A stretch of DNA of 64,000 nucleotides from assembly GCA_000432275.1 (NCBI GenBank), contig HF995316.1:27676-91675 (forward strand), read 5' to 3'. The notes beneath the pieces are model-generated. The model did no database searches and was not told the DNA's origin. It saw nothing but the letters and a program-made list of their open reading frames with translations. Source of the stretch: Proteobacteria bacterium CAG:495 (GTDB lineage: Bacteria > Pseudomonadota > Alphaproteobacteria > RF32 > CAG-239). Both the position numbers and the translations under genes were made by a program. This document shows positions 46,714 to 55,868 of the stretch, piece after piece. Numbering within the stretch: position 1 is the stretch's first letter; each line of letters starts with the position of its first letter.

Positions 46714-47235
46714 ATGCGTATGAAAGATTTTCTCATCGGCATTTTGCCTTTTCGCGTGTTTCTCGTGAAAGTAAAAACCGCTTCGGGTTATCGTCGTCGG
46801 TTAAAACTGGGTATTTTAATCTCGCGCGGAATGTGGCTGCTTCTGCTGCCCCGTGACTGGAGTTACGGTTTCAGCGAGTTTAAGGGATTTGACACAGGCC
46901 GGTATTATGGTTCGTGGCAGGAAGGCGTTGATTTTTTCGGTCGTTTTCAAATGAAACGCTATCAGGTCGGATATCCGGATATCGACAATTTGGTAAAAAT
47001 AACCAACCGTTATTGGTTATATAATTTGTTGTTATGGCCTTTTTTGTGTGAACCCGTTTGGCCCGGATGGTATTACTGGTCCAAGACGGATTCAAATGAA
47101 AATTCTAACTATGCCTGGGATGCGGTTCGTAACTATGACGGAAAAAAACACCGCCGTCGCAGTGCTTATTTGAAAACCGAGAATAATCATTTTCTGGGCG
47201 TCGTTACCGCGAAAGACTCTTCTCAAGAAACTTGA
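46714..47235 (+). CDS. Hypothetical Trp/Tyr-rich protein (173 aa)
   Basis: ORF followed by a terminator about 165 nt downstream. No SD and no recognised domain. Confidence 0.35.
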   Translation: MRMKDFLIGILPFRVFLVKVKTASGYRRRLKLGILISRGMWLLLLPRDWSYGFSEFKGFDTGRYYGSWQEGVDFFGRFQMKRYQVGYPDIDNLVKITNRYWLYNLLLWPFLCEPVWPGWYYWSKTDSNENSNYAWDAVRNYDGKKHRRRSAYLKTENNHFLGVVTAKDSSQET

Positions 47236-47400
47236 GTTTGAAAAACGTTTTTCATTATTGATTGCTGTTTTATGATTCGACAGTTTCTTGGATGAACCGG
47301 TGTGCTCGGCTGTCTTTGCCCGTATAGCAAAAATAAGCAGGGACGCCCTTTGCAAAAACCGGACGGCTGTTAACGTTCTGTCTTCTGAAATCTTTTAGAA

Positions 47401-47437
47401 AAAAGGTCTGTTGCTCAAAACAACAGGCCTTTTTTTG
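47401..47437. terminator. Bidirectional intrinsic terminator (173-aa ORF / recF)
   Basis: aaaAGGTCTGTTGctcaaaaCAACAGGCCTttttttt, with one G:U pair. Confidence 0.65.
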
Positions 47438-47465
47438 CATTTATAACGGTTGCTGACTAACGTGT

Positions 47466-48695
47466 TTACATTGCAGAAATAATGTTGTTGTTTCTGACTT
47501 CCATAAACTGGGCTTCATTCTTCAGAGAATTGAACAATTCCGGGTTTGTTGAGGTTATCCAGGCCTGAACATTCAATTCCCGTACTTTTTCCAGCAGAGC
47601 TTCTCTTTTTACGTCATCCAAATGTGCAACCACTTCATCCAGCAGTAATACCGGCGCAAAACCCTTGTGCAGGGTTTGGCACTTGCTCTGTGCCAGAATA
47701 ATGCTGATAAGCAGCGATTTCTGTTCTCCGGTGGAACAAAGCTCCGCCGGCATCCCTTTCCGGCGGTAATAAACTTTAAAATCCGTTCGGTTGACGCCGT
47801 CAACGCTGTCATTATACAGAATATTGCGACGTTGTTTGGCCAGCATTTGACGGTAGCGGTCTTCAGCTTCTACCGCCGGAAGCGTATCAAGCAGCTTTTC
47901 TATGCTTCCGTCGAGTTCCAGTTTGACGCTTGGAAAAACGTCGTCTGGCTCGTGTTCGATAAATGTATTTAATTTGGCTATCTGTTCTCTTCTTGCCGCG
48001 GCAATTGCAACGCCGAGCCCGGCCATGTTTTCTTCCAGCGTGCTGAGCCAGTGGTTGTCGTTTTTGCCTTCTTTAAGCAACCGGTACCATTCTTTGTACA
48101 AATGTTCAAAGTTTGCCGTACGCTTGGCGTGTTCCATATCAAAAGCGTAAACCAAACGGTCGAGAAAGCTTCTCCGCGGCTGACTGCCGCCCCTAAACAG
48201 CCGATCCATTTGCGGTGTCAGCCAAATAGCGGAAATGTATTTGCCCAGCTCGGCTTGTGAAGATATCTTGTTGCCGTCGATTTTTACGATTCGCCGCTCA
48301 AAACTGCGATAATCATCCTCTTCGGTCTCTCTTGCCGAACGTTCGACGGCCGTACCGATTTCAATAATGTCACCGCCGTTTTGAACTTCGGCGGAAATTG
48401 CCCAGCTTACCGGAGCAATAACCGTGGGTTGATATTCGTCGTTAAGGTTTTCGGGGGTGATTCTTTTTATGTCGGCCAGTCTCGCTCCGCGCAGGCCGCG
48501 CCCGGGAGTTAAAAAAGATACCGCTTCCAGAATGTTGGTTTTTCCGCTGCCGTTTTCTCCGGTAATGATAATCGGAGCCAGTACGGCGTTTATGCGCAAA
48601 AACTGATAGTTCCTGAAGTCAGTTAAAGTCAGGCGCGTAACGCCTGACTTTTCCCTTTCAAAATCCACTAAATTGTAAGCGAGATTCGTATCCAT
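47466..48695 (-). CDS. recF: DNA replication and repair protein RecF
   Basis: Walker A GENGSGKTNILEA, the SMC-like signature region GEQKSLLISIILA and Walker B LLLDEV. dnaA-dnaN-recF order. Confidence 0.9.
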   Translation of the reverse strand: MDTNLAYNLVDFEREKSGVTRLTLTDFRNYQFLRINAVLAPIIITGENGSGKTNILEAVSFLTPGRGLRGARLADIKRITPENLNDEYQPTVIAPVSWAISAEVQNGGDIIEIGTAVERSARETEEDDYRSFERRIVKIDGNKISSQAELGKYISAIWLTPQMDRLFRGGSQPRRSFLDRLVYAFDMEHAKRTANFEHLYKEWYRLLKEGKNDNHWLSTLEENMAGLGVAIAAARREQIAKLNTFIEHEPDDVFPSVKLELDGSIEKLLDTLPAVEAEDRYRQMLAKQRRNILYNDSVDGVNRTDFKVYYRRKGMPAELCSTGEQKSLLISIILAQSKCQTLHKGFAPVLLLDEVVAHLDDVKREALLEKVRELNVQAWITSTNPELFNSLKNEAQFMEVRNNNIISAM

Positions 48696-48704
48696 TTTTT
48701 CCGG

Positions 48705-49823
48705 TTATACTCTCATCGGCATCAATACATAGATGGCGCTGGCGTCGGAGGTATCATGAATAACCGAAGGAGAAGAACCGTCCGTAAACGAAATACGGAC
48801 CGTATCGCCTTTTACTTCATTCAGAATATCCAACAGATAGCGGAAGTTATAGCCGATTTCCAAGGATTCGTTTTCATATTTGGCTTCCAAGTCTTCTGAA
48901 GCGCTGCCCAAATCCGGACTGGATGTAGTGATGGTTACCTTGTTTTCGTGGGTCAGCATCTTAATTGCTCTGGTTCTTTCCGCAACCACCGAAACACGGT
49001 CAACCGCAGAAGCCAAATCTTTAACGTTCAGCTCCAAATTCTTGTCGTTGTCGGTCGGAATAACCCTTTCATAGTCCGGATAAGTGCCATCAATTAATTT
49101 AGAAGTCAGGGTAACGTCTTCCATTGTAAAGCGAACTTTGTTTTCTGAAATTTCAATATTGACGTTTTCAACGCTGCTGTCATCCAAAAGCTTGCGGATT
49201 TCGGTAACTGTCTTGCGCGGGATAATAACGCCTTTCATGTCTTCGGCACCCTGCGGCAACGGAGATTCAACGCATGCCAGACGGTGGCCGTCGGTAGCTA
49301 CCACGCGCAATACACTGGAAGCACCTTCTTTCTTGGCATGAACATACAAACCGTTGAGATAATATCTGGTTTCTTCCGTTGAAACCGCAAACTGCGTCCG
49401 GTCGATAACGTCTTTCAGTTCGTCTCTGCCCATTGCAAAGCTGGTCGGCAGTTTGTCGCCGGAAATAACCGGAAAGTCCTCGACGCCGATTGTCGACAAT
49501 GCAAATTTGGAACGTCCGGAAGCGATTGTCAGCTGTCCTTTTTCGTCAGGGAAAGTGATTTCAACCTGAGAACCGTCGGAAAGTTTGCGAACGATGTCAT
49601 ACAACATATGAGCCGGAGCTGTGGTCGCTCCCGTTTCTGCAATCTTGGCATCGACGATTTCGGTGATTTCGGTATCCATGTCAGTTGCCTTAAAACTGAT
49701 ACCGTCACCCATGGCTTCGATTCTGACGTTGGACAATACCGGAATTGTGTTTCTTTTTTCAACAATGCTCTGAACATGGCTCAGAGTCTTTAACAGTTTT
49801 GCGCGTTCAATAGTAAATTTCAT
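48705..49823 (-). CDS. dnaN: DNA polymerase III beta sliding clamp
   Basis: MKFTIERAKLLKTLSHVQSIVEKRNTIPVLSNV... is canonical DnaN. I chose the start at 49823 with SD AGGTGG 8 nt upstream; the track start at 49835 falls inside the SD. Confidence 0.95.
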   Translation of the reverse strand: MKFTIERAKLLKTLSHVQSIVEKRNTIPVLSNVRIEAMGDGISFKATDMDTEITEIVDAKIAETGATTAPAHMLYDIVRKLSDGSQVEITFPDEKGQLTIASGRSKFALSTIGVEDFPVISGDKLPTSFAMGRDELKDVIDRTQFAVSTEETRYYLNGLYVHAKKEGASSVLRVVATDGHRLACVESPLPQGAEDMKGVIIPRKTVTEIRKLLDDSSVENVNIEISENKVRFTMEDVTLTSKLIDGTYPDYERVIPTDNDKNLELNVKDLASAVDRVSVVAERTRAIKMLTHENKVTITTSSPDLGSASEDLEAKYENESLEIGYNFRYLLDILNEVKGDTVRISFTDGSSPSVIHDTSDASAIYVLMPMRV

Positions 49824-49955
49824 ATTTGTTACCACCTAATTTCAGATATAAAAAACGACTCATCGTTTTATTTTTAGCTGATTCTAGCATAAACTGTGCA
49901 AATCAGAAGATAAAACAATGAGTCGTCAACAACTTTTTTTAGGATTCGGTAGGTT

Positions 49956-51395
49956 TTAAGCCTCCAAAATTCTTCTTAAAGCGTCTACGTTTTCGGCCAG
50001 AGAGGAATCTTCCAAAATAAGCTCCTCCACCTTGCGAACGGCATGCATAACGGTCGTATGGTCGCGGTCAAATTTTCGGCCGATTTCCGGCAGTGAACGA
50101 GAAGTCAGCTGTTTTGCCAGATACATGGCAATCTGACGCGGACGGGCAACCGTGCGGGCTCTTCTTGAGGACTGCATTTCCTTTACCGAAATGTTGAAGT
50201 GTTCGGCAACTTTTTTCTGGATTTCATCAATGGTTGTGCGCTTGTCATAAGAACGCAGCATGTCTTTTAAGACGTCCTGTGTCATATCCAGCGTAATTTC
50301 CTTGTCGGAAAGCAGCTGCGAATGAGCAATGACTCTGCGCAGAGCGCCTTCCAGTTCGCGAATGTTGGAAGTAATTTTCTGGGCCAGAAATTCGGCGACC
50401 TTTACCGGAAGTTCAATTCCCAGCTGCTGGGCTTTGTTGTTCAAAATTCCCATTCTGAGGTCGAAATCCGTGGGATGGATGTCGGCAACCAGACCGCAGC
50501 CCAGACGAGACTTCAGACGGGCTTCGATACCCTCCAGGTCCGCCGGAGACTTGTCTGCGGAAATGATTATCTGACGTCCTTCTTCAATCAGGGAGTTAAA
50601 GGTGTAAAAGAACTCTTCCTGGGTAGTGTCTTTGCCGCCCATAAACTGAACGTCATCCACCATCAAAACGTCAACCGAACGGAATTGTTCCTTAAAAGCG
50701 GTCGTGTCTTTGTAACGCAGCGCTCTGACAAACTTGTACATAAACTTTTCTGCCGAGAGATAAACGATGTTGCGGCTCGGATCCTGCTGTTTGATATGCC
50801 ATGCAATGGCGTGCATCAAGTGGGTTTTGCCCAGACCGACGCCGGAATACAGGAACAGGGGGTTAAACGAGACGTTTCTGGATTCGGCAACTTTACGGGC
50901 TGCGGCATAAGCGAATTCATTGGTTTTGCCGACAACGAAATTGTCAAAGGTATATTGCGGATTCAGCGGAACGGACAATGAGTCGTTTAAGTTGGTGTCG
51001 TTGTTGTTGGCAATTAATGAGCTGGCGCCGGATTGATAGATGTTTTGCGGAGCCGGAGAAGAAGAAATCTTTTTCAGAAGGGAGCGGCAGGTCGGGTTAT
51101 AAAGACCGTGGGCTTCCTCCTGAACGGCTTGAACTACGAAATTGACATTTTTAATTGCAGGGTTTTTCTTTTCCCAAATTTTGTGGATTCGGTCACTGTA
51201 ATGAGTGATAACCCAGTTTCTCATAAAGCGGGTCGGAACGCAAATGTTCATAACGCCGTCGTTGAAAGAACCTAAAGTAAGCGGTTTTAACCAACTGTCG
51301 AAAGCTGTTTCCCCAACTTCAATTTTTAATTGGCTGCAAATCTGTCCCCATTGGTCTTGAACAGAGTCGTTATTTTTTATTGCTTCTTCAGCCAT
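49956..51395 (-). CDS. dnaA: Chromosomal replication initiator protein DnaA
   Basis: Walker A GVGLGKTHL, box VII, and the C-terminal DNA-binding helix (RPRQIAMYLAKQLT...DHTTVMHA). SD GGGGAG. Confidence 0.95.
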   Translation of the reverse strand: MAEEAIKNNDSVQDQWGQICSQLKIEVGETAFDSWLKPLTLGSFNDGVMNICVPTRFMRNWVITHYSDRIHKIWEKKNPAIKNVNFVVQAVQEEAHGLYNPTCRSLLKKISSSPAPQNIYQSGASSLIANNNDTNLNDSLSVPLNPQYTFDNFVVGKTNEFAYAAARKVAESRNVSFNPLFLYSGVGLGKTHLMHAIAWHIKQQDPSRNIVYLSAEKFMYKFVRALRYKDTTAFKEQFRSVDVLMVDDVQFMGGKDTTQEEFFYTFNSLIEEGRQIIISADKSPADLEGIEARLKSRLGCGLVADIHPTDFDLRMGILNNKAQQLGIELPVKVAEFLAQKITSNIRELEGALRRVIAHSQLLSDKEITLDMTQDVLKDMLRSYDKRTTIDEIQKKVAEHFNISVKEMQSSRRARTVARPRQIAMYLAKQLTSRSLPEIGRKFDRDHTTVMHAVRKVEELILEDSSLAENVDALRRILEA

Positions 51396-51434
51396 TTTTA
51401 CTCCCCAATTAAATATAAAAATTAAACCCCAAAA

Positions 51435-51457
51435 TTAATTACGAATTTCGTAATTAA
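51435..51457. promoter_or_regulatory. 23-bp perfect palindrome in the dnaA 5' leader
   Basis: TTAATTACGAA-t-TTCGTAATTAA, 40-62 nt upstream of the dnaA ATG. Confidence 0.5.
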
Positions 51458-51576
51458 CAGATTCTCAACTCTTAATTATTTGCCGGAAAATATGACTTTT
51501 TCTAAATCACTTTCTTAACAAACTCTTAAAAAGTGATTCGGATATTAAAGATAAAAAAATAGAATTACAACAGAAC

Positions 51577-51605
51577 ATTATATGAACATTGAAATTAATT
51601 GTCTT
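51577..51605 (-). promoter_or_regulatory. Candidate dnaA promoter
   Basis: Minus strand AAGACA-N17-TATAAT. Three GANTC sites lie immediately upstream at 51612, 51623 and 51633. Confidence 0.35.
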
Positions 51606-51652
51606 GACATAGAGTCTTCACAGAGTCGCGCGGATTCCTTGGTTTTCCGCAC

Positions 51653-51712
51653 AAAAAAACACAAATCCGAACGACCCTGTCAAGTAAAAAAGGGCACAGA
51701 TTTGTGTTTTTT
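51653..51712 (-). terminator. Intrinsic terminator after rpsT
   Basis: AAAAAACACAAATC...GATTTGTGTTTTTT: long stem with an inner CCCT/AGGG helix and a T run on the minus strand. Confidence 0.7.
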
Positions 51713-51733
51713 GTTTTTTCGTAAAAAAGCTGA

Positions 51734-51994
51734 TTACAGAGCTTTGATTTTCTTAGAAAGACGAGAAACGGTACGAGCAGCTTTGTTCAAAGCAAAAATG
51801 CCTTTGCGGGCAGCGCTCATCATTTCGGATTCTGCAATTTTAAATGCAGCGGCGGCTTCTTCTTTGTTGCAGCAGGCAATTGCGGCTTCTACCTTTTTAA
51901 CAAAAGTACGAACGCGGTTTCTGCGAGCGCCGTTAATGACGTTTCTCTTGCTGTTTCTTACGATTCTGTTTTTTGCCGATTTATGATTGGCCAT
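51734..51994 (-). CDS. rpsT: 30S ribosomal protein S20
   Basis: MANHKSAKNRIVRNSKRNVINGARRNRVRTFVKKV... is canonical S20. Confidence 0.95.
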   Translation of the reverse strand: MANHKSAKNRIVRNSKRNVINGARRNRVRTFVKKVEAAIACCNKEEAAAAFKIAESEMMSAARKGIFALNKAARTVSRLSKKIKAL

Positions 51995-52106
51995 TTTTCT
52001 TATTCCATTTCACTAAAAAAGTTAAATACAAATTTTTAAATGTAATGCTTTATAAACTCTATCAAGCTCTTAAGTCAATACCATTTTTGCAAAATCGTCA
52101 TTTTTG

Positions 52107-52865
52107 CTAGCTTTTTTGTATGAATTTCTGCAGGTTATCGCGAAACTCGGCGGTATTCATACTCAGTTTGCAGCTTTTGGCTTCCAGTTCGATTCCGTTT
52201 TGCAGGCTCATTTCGTTGACTTCTTTGATTGTTTCTTTTGCCTGCAGAACAGCCTGATACGGCAGCGAGGCGATTCTCATCGCTACCCTCAGGGCTTCTT
52301 CTTCCAAATCCGGAAGGGCAACCACTCTGCTGATAAGGCCGCTCAACATCGCCTCTTCTGCGCTCAGGGCTTTTCCGGTTAAGATAACTTCCATGGTTTT
52401 GGCTTTGCCTATGGTGTGGGTCAGTCGGCTGCAGGCGCCGAACCCCGGCAGGATTCCCAAGCTGATTTCCGGATGTCCGAAACGAGCGTTGTCCGCCGCC
52501 AAAACAATGTCAGAAACCAAGGCGAGTTCACAGCCGAGTCCCAAAGCGTATCCGGCAACCGCGGCGATAATCGGTTTGCTGCAGTTTTCGATTCTCGAAA
52601 ATTCATTATACCAGGCATTAAGGGCCAGGCTTTGCTGACTGACTTCCTGACTCATTTCCTTAATGTCGATTCCCGCGGCAAAAGCCTTGTCGTTGCCTTT
52701 AATGACAATTGCCCTGATGTTGTCGTCATATTCCCAGGTTTCCACCTGATAGGCAATTTCGTTCAGCATGACCAGATTGACGGCGTTGAGGATATCCGGG
52801 CGATTGAGGGTGATTATTCCGACGTTGCCCCGGGTTTCGACTAAGATTGTGGTTGTTTCATCCAT
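52107..52865 (-). CDS. Enoyl-CoA hydratase/isomerase (crotonase) family protein
   Basis: Crotonase fold motifs: RPDILNA, FAAGIDIKEM and PIIAAVAGYALGLGCELAL. Confidence 0.85.
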   Translation of the reverse strand: MDETTTILVETRGNVGIITLNRPDILNAVNLVMLNEIAYQVETWEYDDNIRAIVIKGNDKAFAAGIDIKEMSQEVSQQSLALNAWYNEFSRIENCSKPIIAAVAGYALGLGCELALVSDIVLAADNARFGHPEISLGILPGFGACSRLTHTIGKAKTMEVILTGKALSAEEAMLSGLISRVVALPDLEEEALRVAMRIASLPYQAVLQAKETIKEVNEMSLQNGIELEAKSCKLSMNTAEFRDNLQKFIQKS

Positions 52866-52877
52866 GTGCTTTTTACC

Positions 52878-53240
52878 TTAAATTTTGCTTTTTACCGTAA
52901 TCCGTACCATCAAAGGCTTGGCCGATTCTTTGGAGATGTCGATAACCTCGCCCTCACGCTCAAACACCAATGTGTCGCCGCGTTTGCCTTGATAAGTCCA
53001 GCCCATTTGCGGCAGAGTGTCCTGATAAAACTTTTCGACTTTTTTAAAACCGACCTTGTTGCTGGTTAAGAGCGCTTCCACCAACCGGCTCTCCTCGTTG
53101 CCGAACGAGATGCTGTCGCTCGGAACCTGCTTCATTCCTTCCATAACCGGCACGTCTTCCAGTCCTTCGATAAAGGAGGCGGCCCGTGCCTGAGCGTTAA
53201 TCATTATAATCATAAGAGCGGATAATACATATTTCATCAT
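52878..53240 (-). CDS. Hypothetical secreted protein (120 aa)
   Basis: Signal peptide ending AQARA. No recognised domain. Confidence 0.5.
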   Translation of the reverse strand: MMKYVLSALMIIMINAQARAASFIEGLEDVPVMEGMKQVPSDSISFGNEESRLVEALLTSNKVGFKKVEKFYQDTLPQMGWTYQGKRGDTLVFEREGEVIDISKESAKPLMVRITVKSKI

Positions 53241-53246
53241 GGCTTT

Positions 53247-54086
53247 TTACTTCTGTTTTGTCGGGCAGTAGAAGCTGGAACGACCGGCTTGCACAATCTT
53301 TTGGATTCCGCCCGTCTTGTTGATATCACAAATGCAGTTAGGACATTTTTGCCCAGTTTTTCCGTAAACACAATGCATATTTTGAAAATACCCCAGACTT
53401 CCGTCCGGTTTTTTATAATCGTGAATGGTGGAGCCGCCGGCGGCAATGGCCTGTTTCAAAACTTCATGGGAGCTTTCGACGATTCTCCGGCATTCTTTTT
53501 TTGTGACTTTGTCTGCCCGACGCAGAGGGGAAATTCCTGCCTTGTACAAGGTTTCCGAAGCATAAATGTTGCCGATTCCCACCACGACCTCCTGATCGAG
53601 GATGGCGACTTTGATAGGAACCTTTTTGTTCTTCAGCTTTTGATAAAGGTATTCTGCCGAAAATTCGGAGTCCAGCGGTTCCGGTCCAAGCCTGGCAAAC
53701 AGCCTGTGCTGTTTCAGCTTTTCCGTTTCGCAATAAGTCAGCAAACCAAAACGTCGGGCATCATTATATGCCAGGCAGCCGTTGTCGGTAATGATAAGAA
53801 CGTGATCGTGTTTTTCGGCGTGTTGGGGAACCTCGTCTGTTATCTTAACCTTGCCGCTCATCCCCATGTGCCAGATGAGGCTGATGCCGTTGTCTAGGTC
53901 AATGACGATGTATTTGGCGATTCTCCGATAGCCGAGAATGGCCGCACCGCAGATTTTGCTGCCGATATCGTCGGGAATTTTTTCCCGCAGCCGATTGTTG
54001 TTTACAATTATGTCTTTTATATTACAATTACCGATAGACTGGCAAATTGCCGATTTGATGGTTTCTACTTCCGGAAGTTCAGGCAT
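53247..54086 (-). CDS. mutM: Formamidopyrimidine-DNA glycosylase
   Basis: Starts MPELPEVET (catalytic N-terminal Pro), followed by an H2TH region and a C-terminal zinc-finger region. The longer track ORF (to 54320) adds 78 unsupported residues. Confidence 0.9.
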   Translation of the reverse strand: MPELPEVETIKSAICQSIGNCNIKDIIVNNNRLREKIPDDIGSKICGAAILGYRRIAKYIVIDLDNGISLIWHMGMSGKVKITDEVPQHAEKHDHVLIITDNGCLAYNDARRFGLLTYCETEKLKQHRLFARLGPEPLDSEFSAEYLYQKLKNKKVPIKVAILDQEVVVGIGNIYASETLYKAGISPLRRADKVTKKECRRIVESSHEVLKQAIAAGGSTIHDYKKPDGSLGYFQNMHCVYGKTGQKCPNCICDINKTGGIQKIVQAGRSSFYCPTKQK

Positions 54087-54129
54087 TTTTGATCCCCGAG
54101 ATTTAAGACTGGTTTTAAGAGCATTATAA

Positions 54130-55248
54130 ATGAAAATTGATATATTACAATTTATAAAAAAATTAAATTTGGCGATTTCGCTTGCCGAACACGATTCGTT
54201 GTTCGTCGTCTCCGGGCTCAAAAGTTTTGCCTTGCCGGCGCGTCTGGCTGCGTTGTTTCGGATTCCCTCGGATGCAACGCCGGCAGAACGGGTGTCATCT
54301 TTTCTCAACGCTGAAGACAATCCTCTTCTTTATGCCGCATTTGATGAAATAACCGCCCGCAGCGACGTCGTCGGTTCTGAAATTTTGTTTGACGAAAACC
54401 GGGAAGAACGGATTTTCAACGGCGACGTGGTTTTCAAAACTTCCGAAAAACTTGCGGATGATGATTTTTTTATTCGTTTGTTCGGTGAAATCGCCGATGT
54501 CGACCTTCCGCAGCTCAAACCTCAATTGCAAACTTTTCTCAAGCGGCTCGATTTATTGCGCGATATGCGTTTTTACGGTGCCGAACTGGAAACTTTTTTC
54601 GAGTATACCGATGGTCTGCCCGGTTGCTGTTCTGTTTCGGTTGACTGGGCACAAACCGACAAACCCAGACTGTGCCTTTATTTTCCCGAACCGGTTGTCT
54701 ATACCAGGCAGCTTTCGCTTGCCGCTCAGGAAAACCTGTTGAACCTCTTTGCCTCTCTCTTTTTTGAGCGTTCTGTTTTTGTGTCTTATTTTGACGCGGT
54801 GGCGGTTGATGAAAACGACAAGGTTAACGTAATGGATTTTGATTATATCTATCCTGTGGATTCGGTCTTGCGGCGTTTTCTTTCCGAGTATCTCGGAGAA
54901 GAGTGTGAACCGCGAGGCTTAATGGAGCATAAACTGGCCAGGGTGATTAAACTTTTGCGTCTGTATTGCCCTGCGCAGGATGTAAACGCCGTTTTGCTCG
55001 GCCGGTTGGAGCAATATCCCCGGTCCCGGCCGCAGAACGCGCCGGTGCGGAGCGGATTGATGGACATTTATTCCAAACAGGGGCTGGTTTTGTCGCCGCG
55101 TTCGGAGTTGACGGAACCCAATCCGGAATCTTTGGCATATTTGTTGGATAAAAACCGGTTTAAAAAAGACCCCCAGTTTAAAAAATCTTCAATTTTCTAC
55201 TATTTGCCGCTTTTGGTGGTTATCTATATCTTGTTAAAGTTCTTTTGA
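54130..55248 (+). CDS. Hypothetical protein (372 aa) with a single C-terminal hydrophobic anchor
   Basis: Long ORF divergent from mutM across a 43-bp gap. The C-terminal SIFYYLPLLVVIYILLKFF looks like a tail anchor. No recognised domain. Confidence 0.5.
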   Translation: MKIDILQFIKKLNLAISLAEHDSLFVVSGLKSFALPARLAALFRIPSDATPAERVSSFLNAEDNPLLYAAFDEITARSDVVGSEILFDENREERIFNGDVVFKTSEKLADDDFFIRLFGEIADVDLPQLKPQLQTFLKRLDLLRDMRFYGAELETFFEYTDGLPGCCSVSVDWAQTDKPRLCLYFPEPVVYTRQLSLAAQENLLNLFASLFFERSVFVSYFDAVAVDENDKVNVMDFDYIYPVDSVLRRFLSEYLGEECEPRGLMEHKLARVIKLLRLYCPAQDVNAVLLGRLEQYPRSRPQNAPVRSGLMDIYSKQGLVLSPRSELTEPNPESLAYLLDKNRFKKDPQFKKSSIFYYLPLLVVIYILLKFF

Positions 55249-55322
55249 ACAATTAACATTTGCCCTCAGCTGTAAATTGGTGTACATTACCCCGATTGTT
55301 TTGCATAAAAAATAGTACGGAT

Positions 55323-55868
55323 ATGAAAAAGCCAACCAAACGACGCAGTAAATATTTTGCTCCGCAAACCGAGGATACCGCCCGCAAGTGTGACCATCCC
55401 GGCTGTAACGAACCCGGAGAATACCGCGCTCCTAAAGACCGCCGTCTTAAGGAATATTACTGGTTTTGCCTTAAGCATGTTCAGGAGTATAATGCCAAAT
55501 GGAATTACTATGACGGGCTTGATGAGGAAGAAGCCGGTACGCATGAACGTTCTCGGATGCATTTTAAGTTCGGTTCCCGGATAAAGTATAATTTCGGCTT
55601 TGATTTTAAAGGGAATTTTGAGTTTTTTGATGATTATCAGCCTGATTTTTCTGCCATGAATACCCCTTATTTTAACGAGCAGGAACGCAAGTGCCTTAAA
55701 ATAATGGAACTCTCGGAAGAAGGGTTAACGGTGGAAATTGTCAAAAAGCAATATAAAAAACTTGTGAAAAAATATCATCCGGACGTTAATCGGGATGATG
55801 CGGATGCGGAAGAAAAGTTTAAGCAGCTCGGAACCGCCTACAAAACGCTGTTGGCCAAACTTTCTTAA
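55323..55868 (+). CDS. J-domain protein with an N-terminal Cys/His-rich region
   Basis: C-terminal J domain with HPD (YKKLVKKYHPDVNRDD...FKQLGTAYKTL). N-terminal CDHPGCNEPGEY...FCLKH. ATG at 55323 (MKKPTKRR). Confidence 0.7.
   Translation: MKKPTKRRSKYFAPQTEDTARKCDHPGCNEPGEYRAPKDRRLKEYYWFCLKHVQEYNAKWNYYDGLDEEEAGTHERSRMHFKFGSRIKYNFGFDFKGNFEFFDDYQPDFSAMNTPYFNEQERKCLKIMELSEEGLTVEIVKKQYKKLVKKYHPDVNRDDADAEEKFKQLGTAYKTLLAKLS

Noticed and set aside
51396-51733. The rpsT-dnaA spacer as oriC.
   Set aside because: I found no convincing DnaA box; the best candidates match only partially, for example TTTTCCGCA. I also found no CtrA-type TTAA-N7-TTAA sites. The features fit a regulated dnaA promoter and leader. 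Locating the origin needs whole-chromosome skew data.
54087-54320. 78-codon N-terminal extension of the mutM ORF in the track.
   Set aside because: Fpg requires Pro as the first residue after Met removal, and the internal MPELPEVET start at 54086 fits this. The extension also overlaps the divergent 372-aa ORF.
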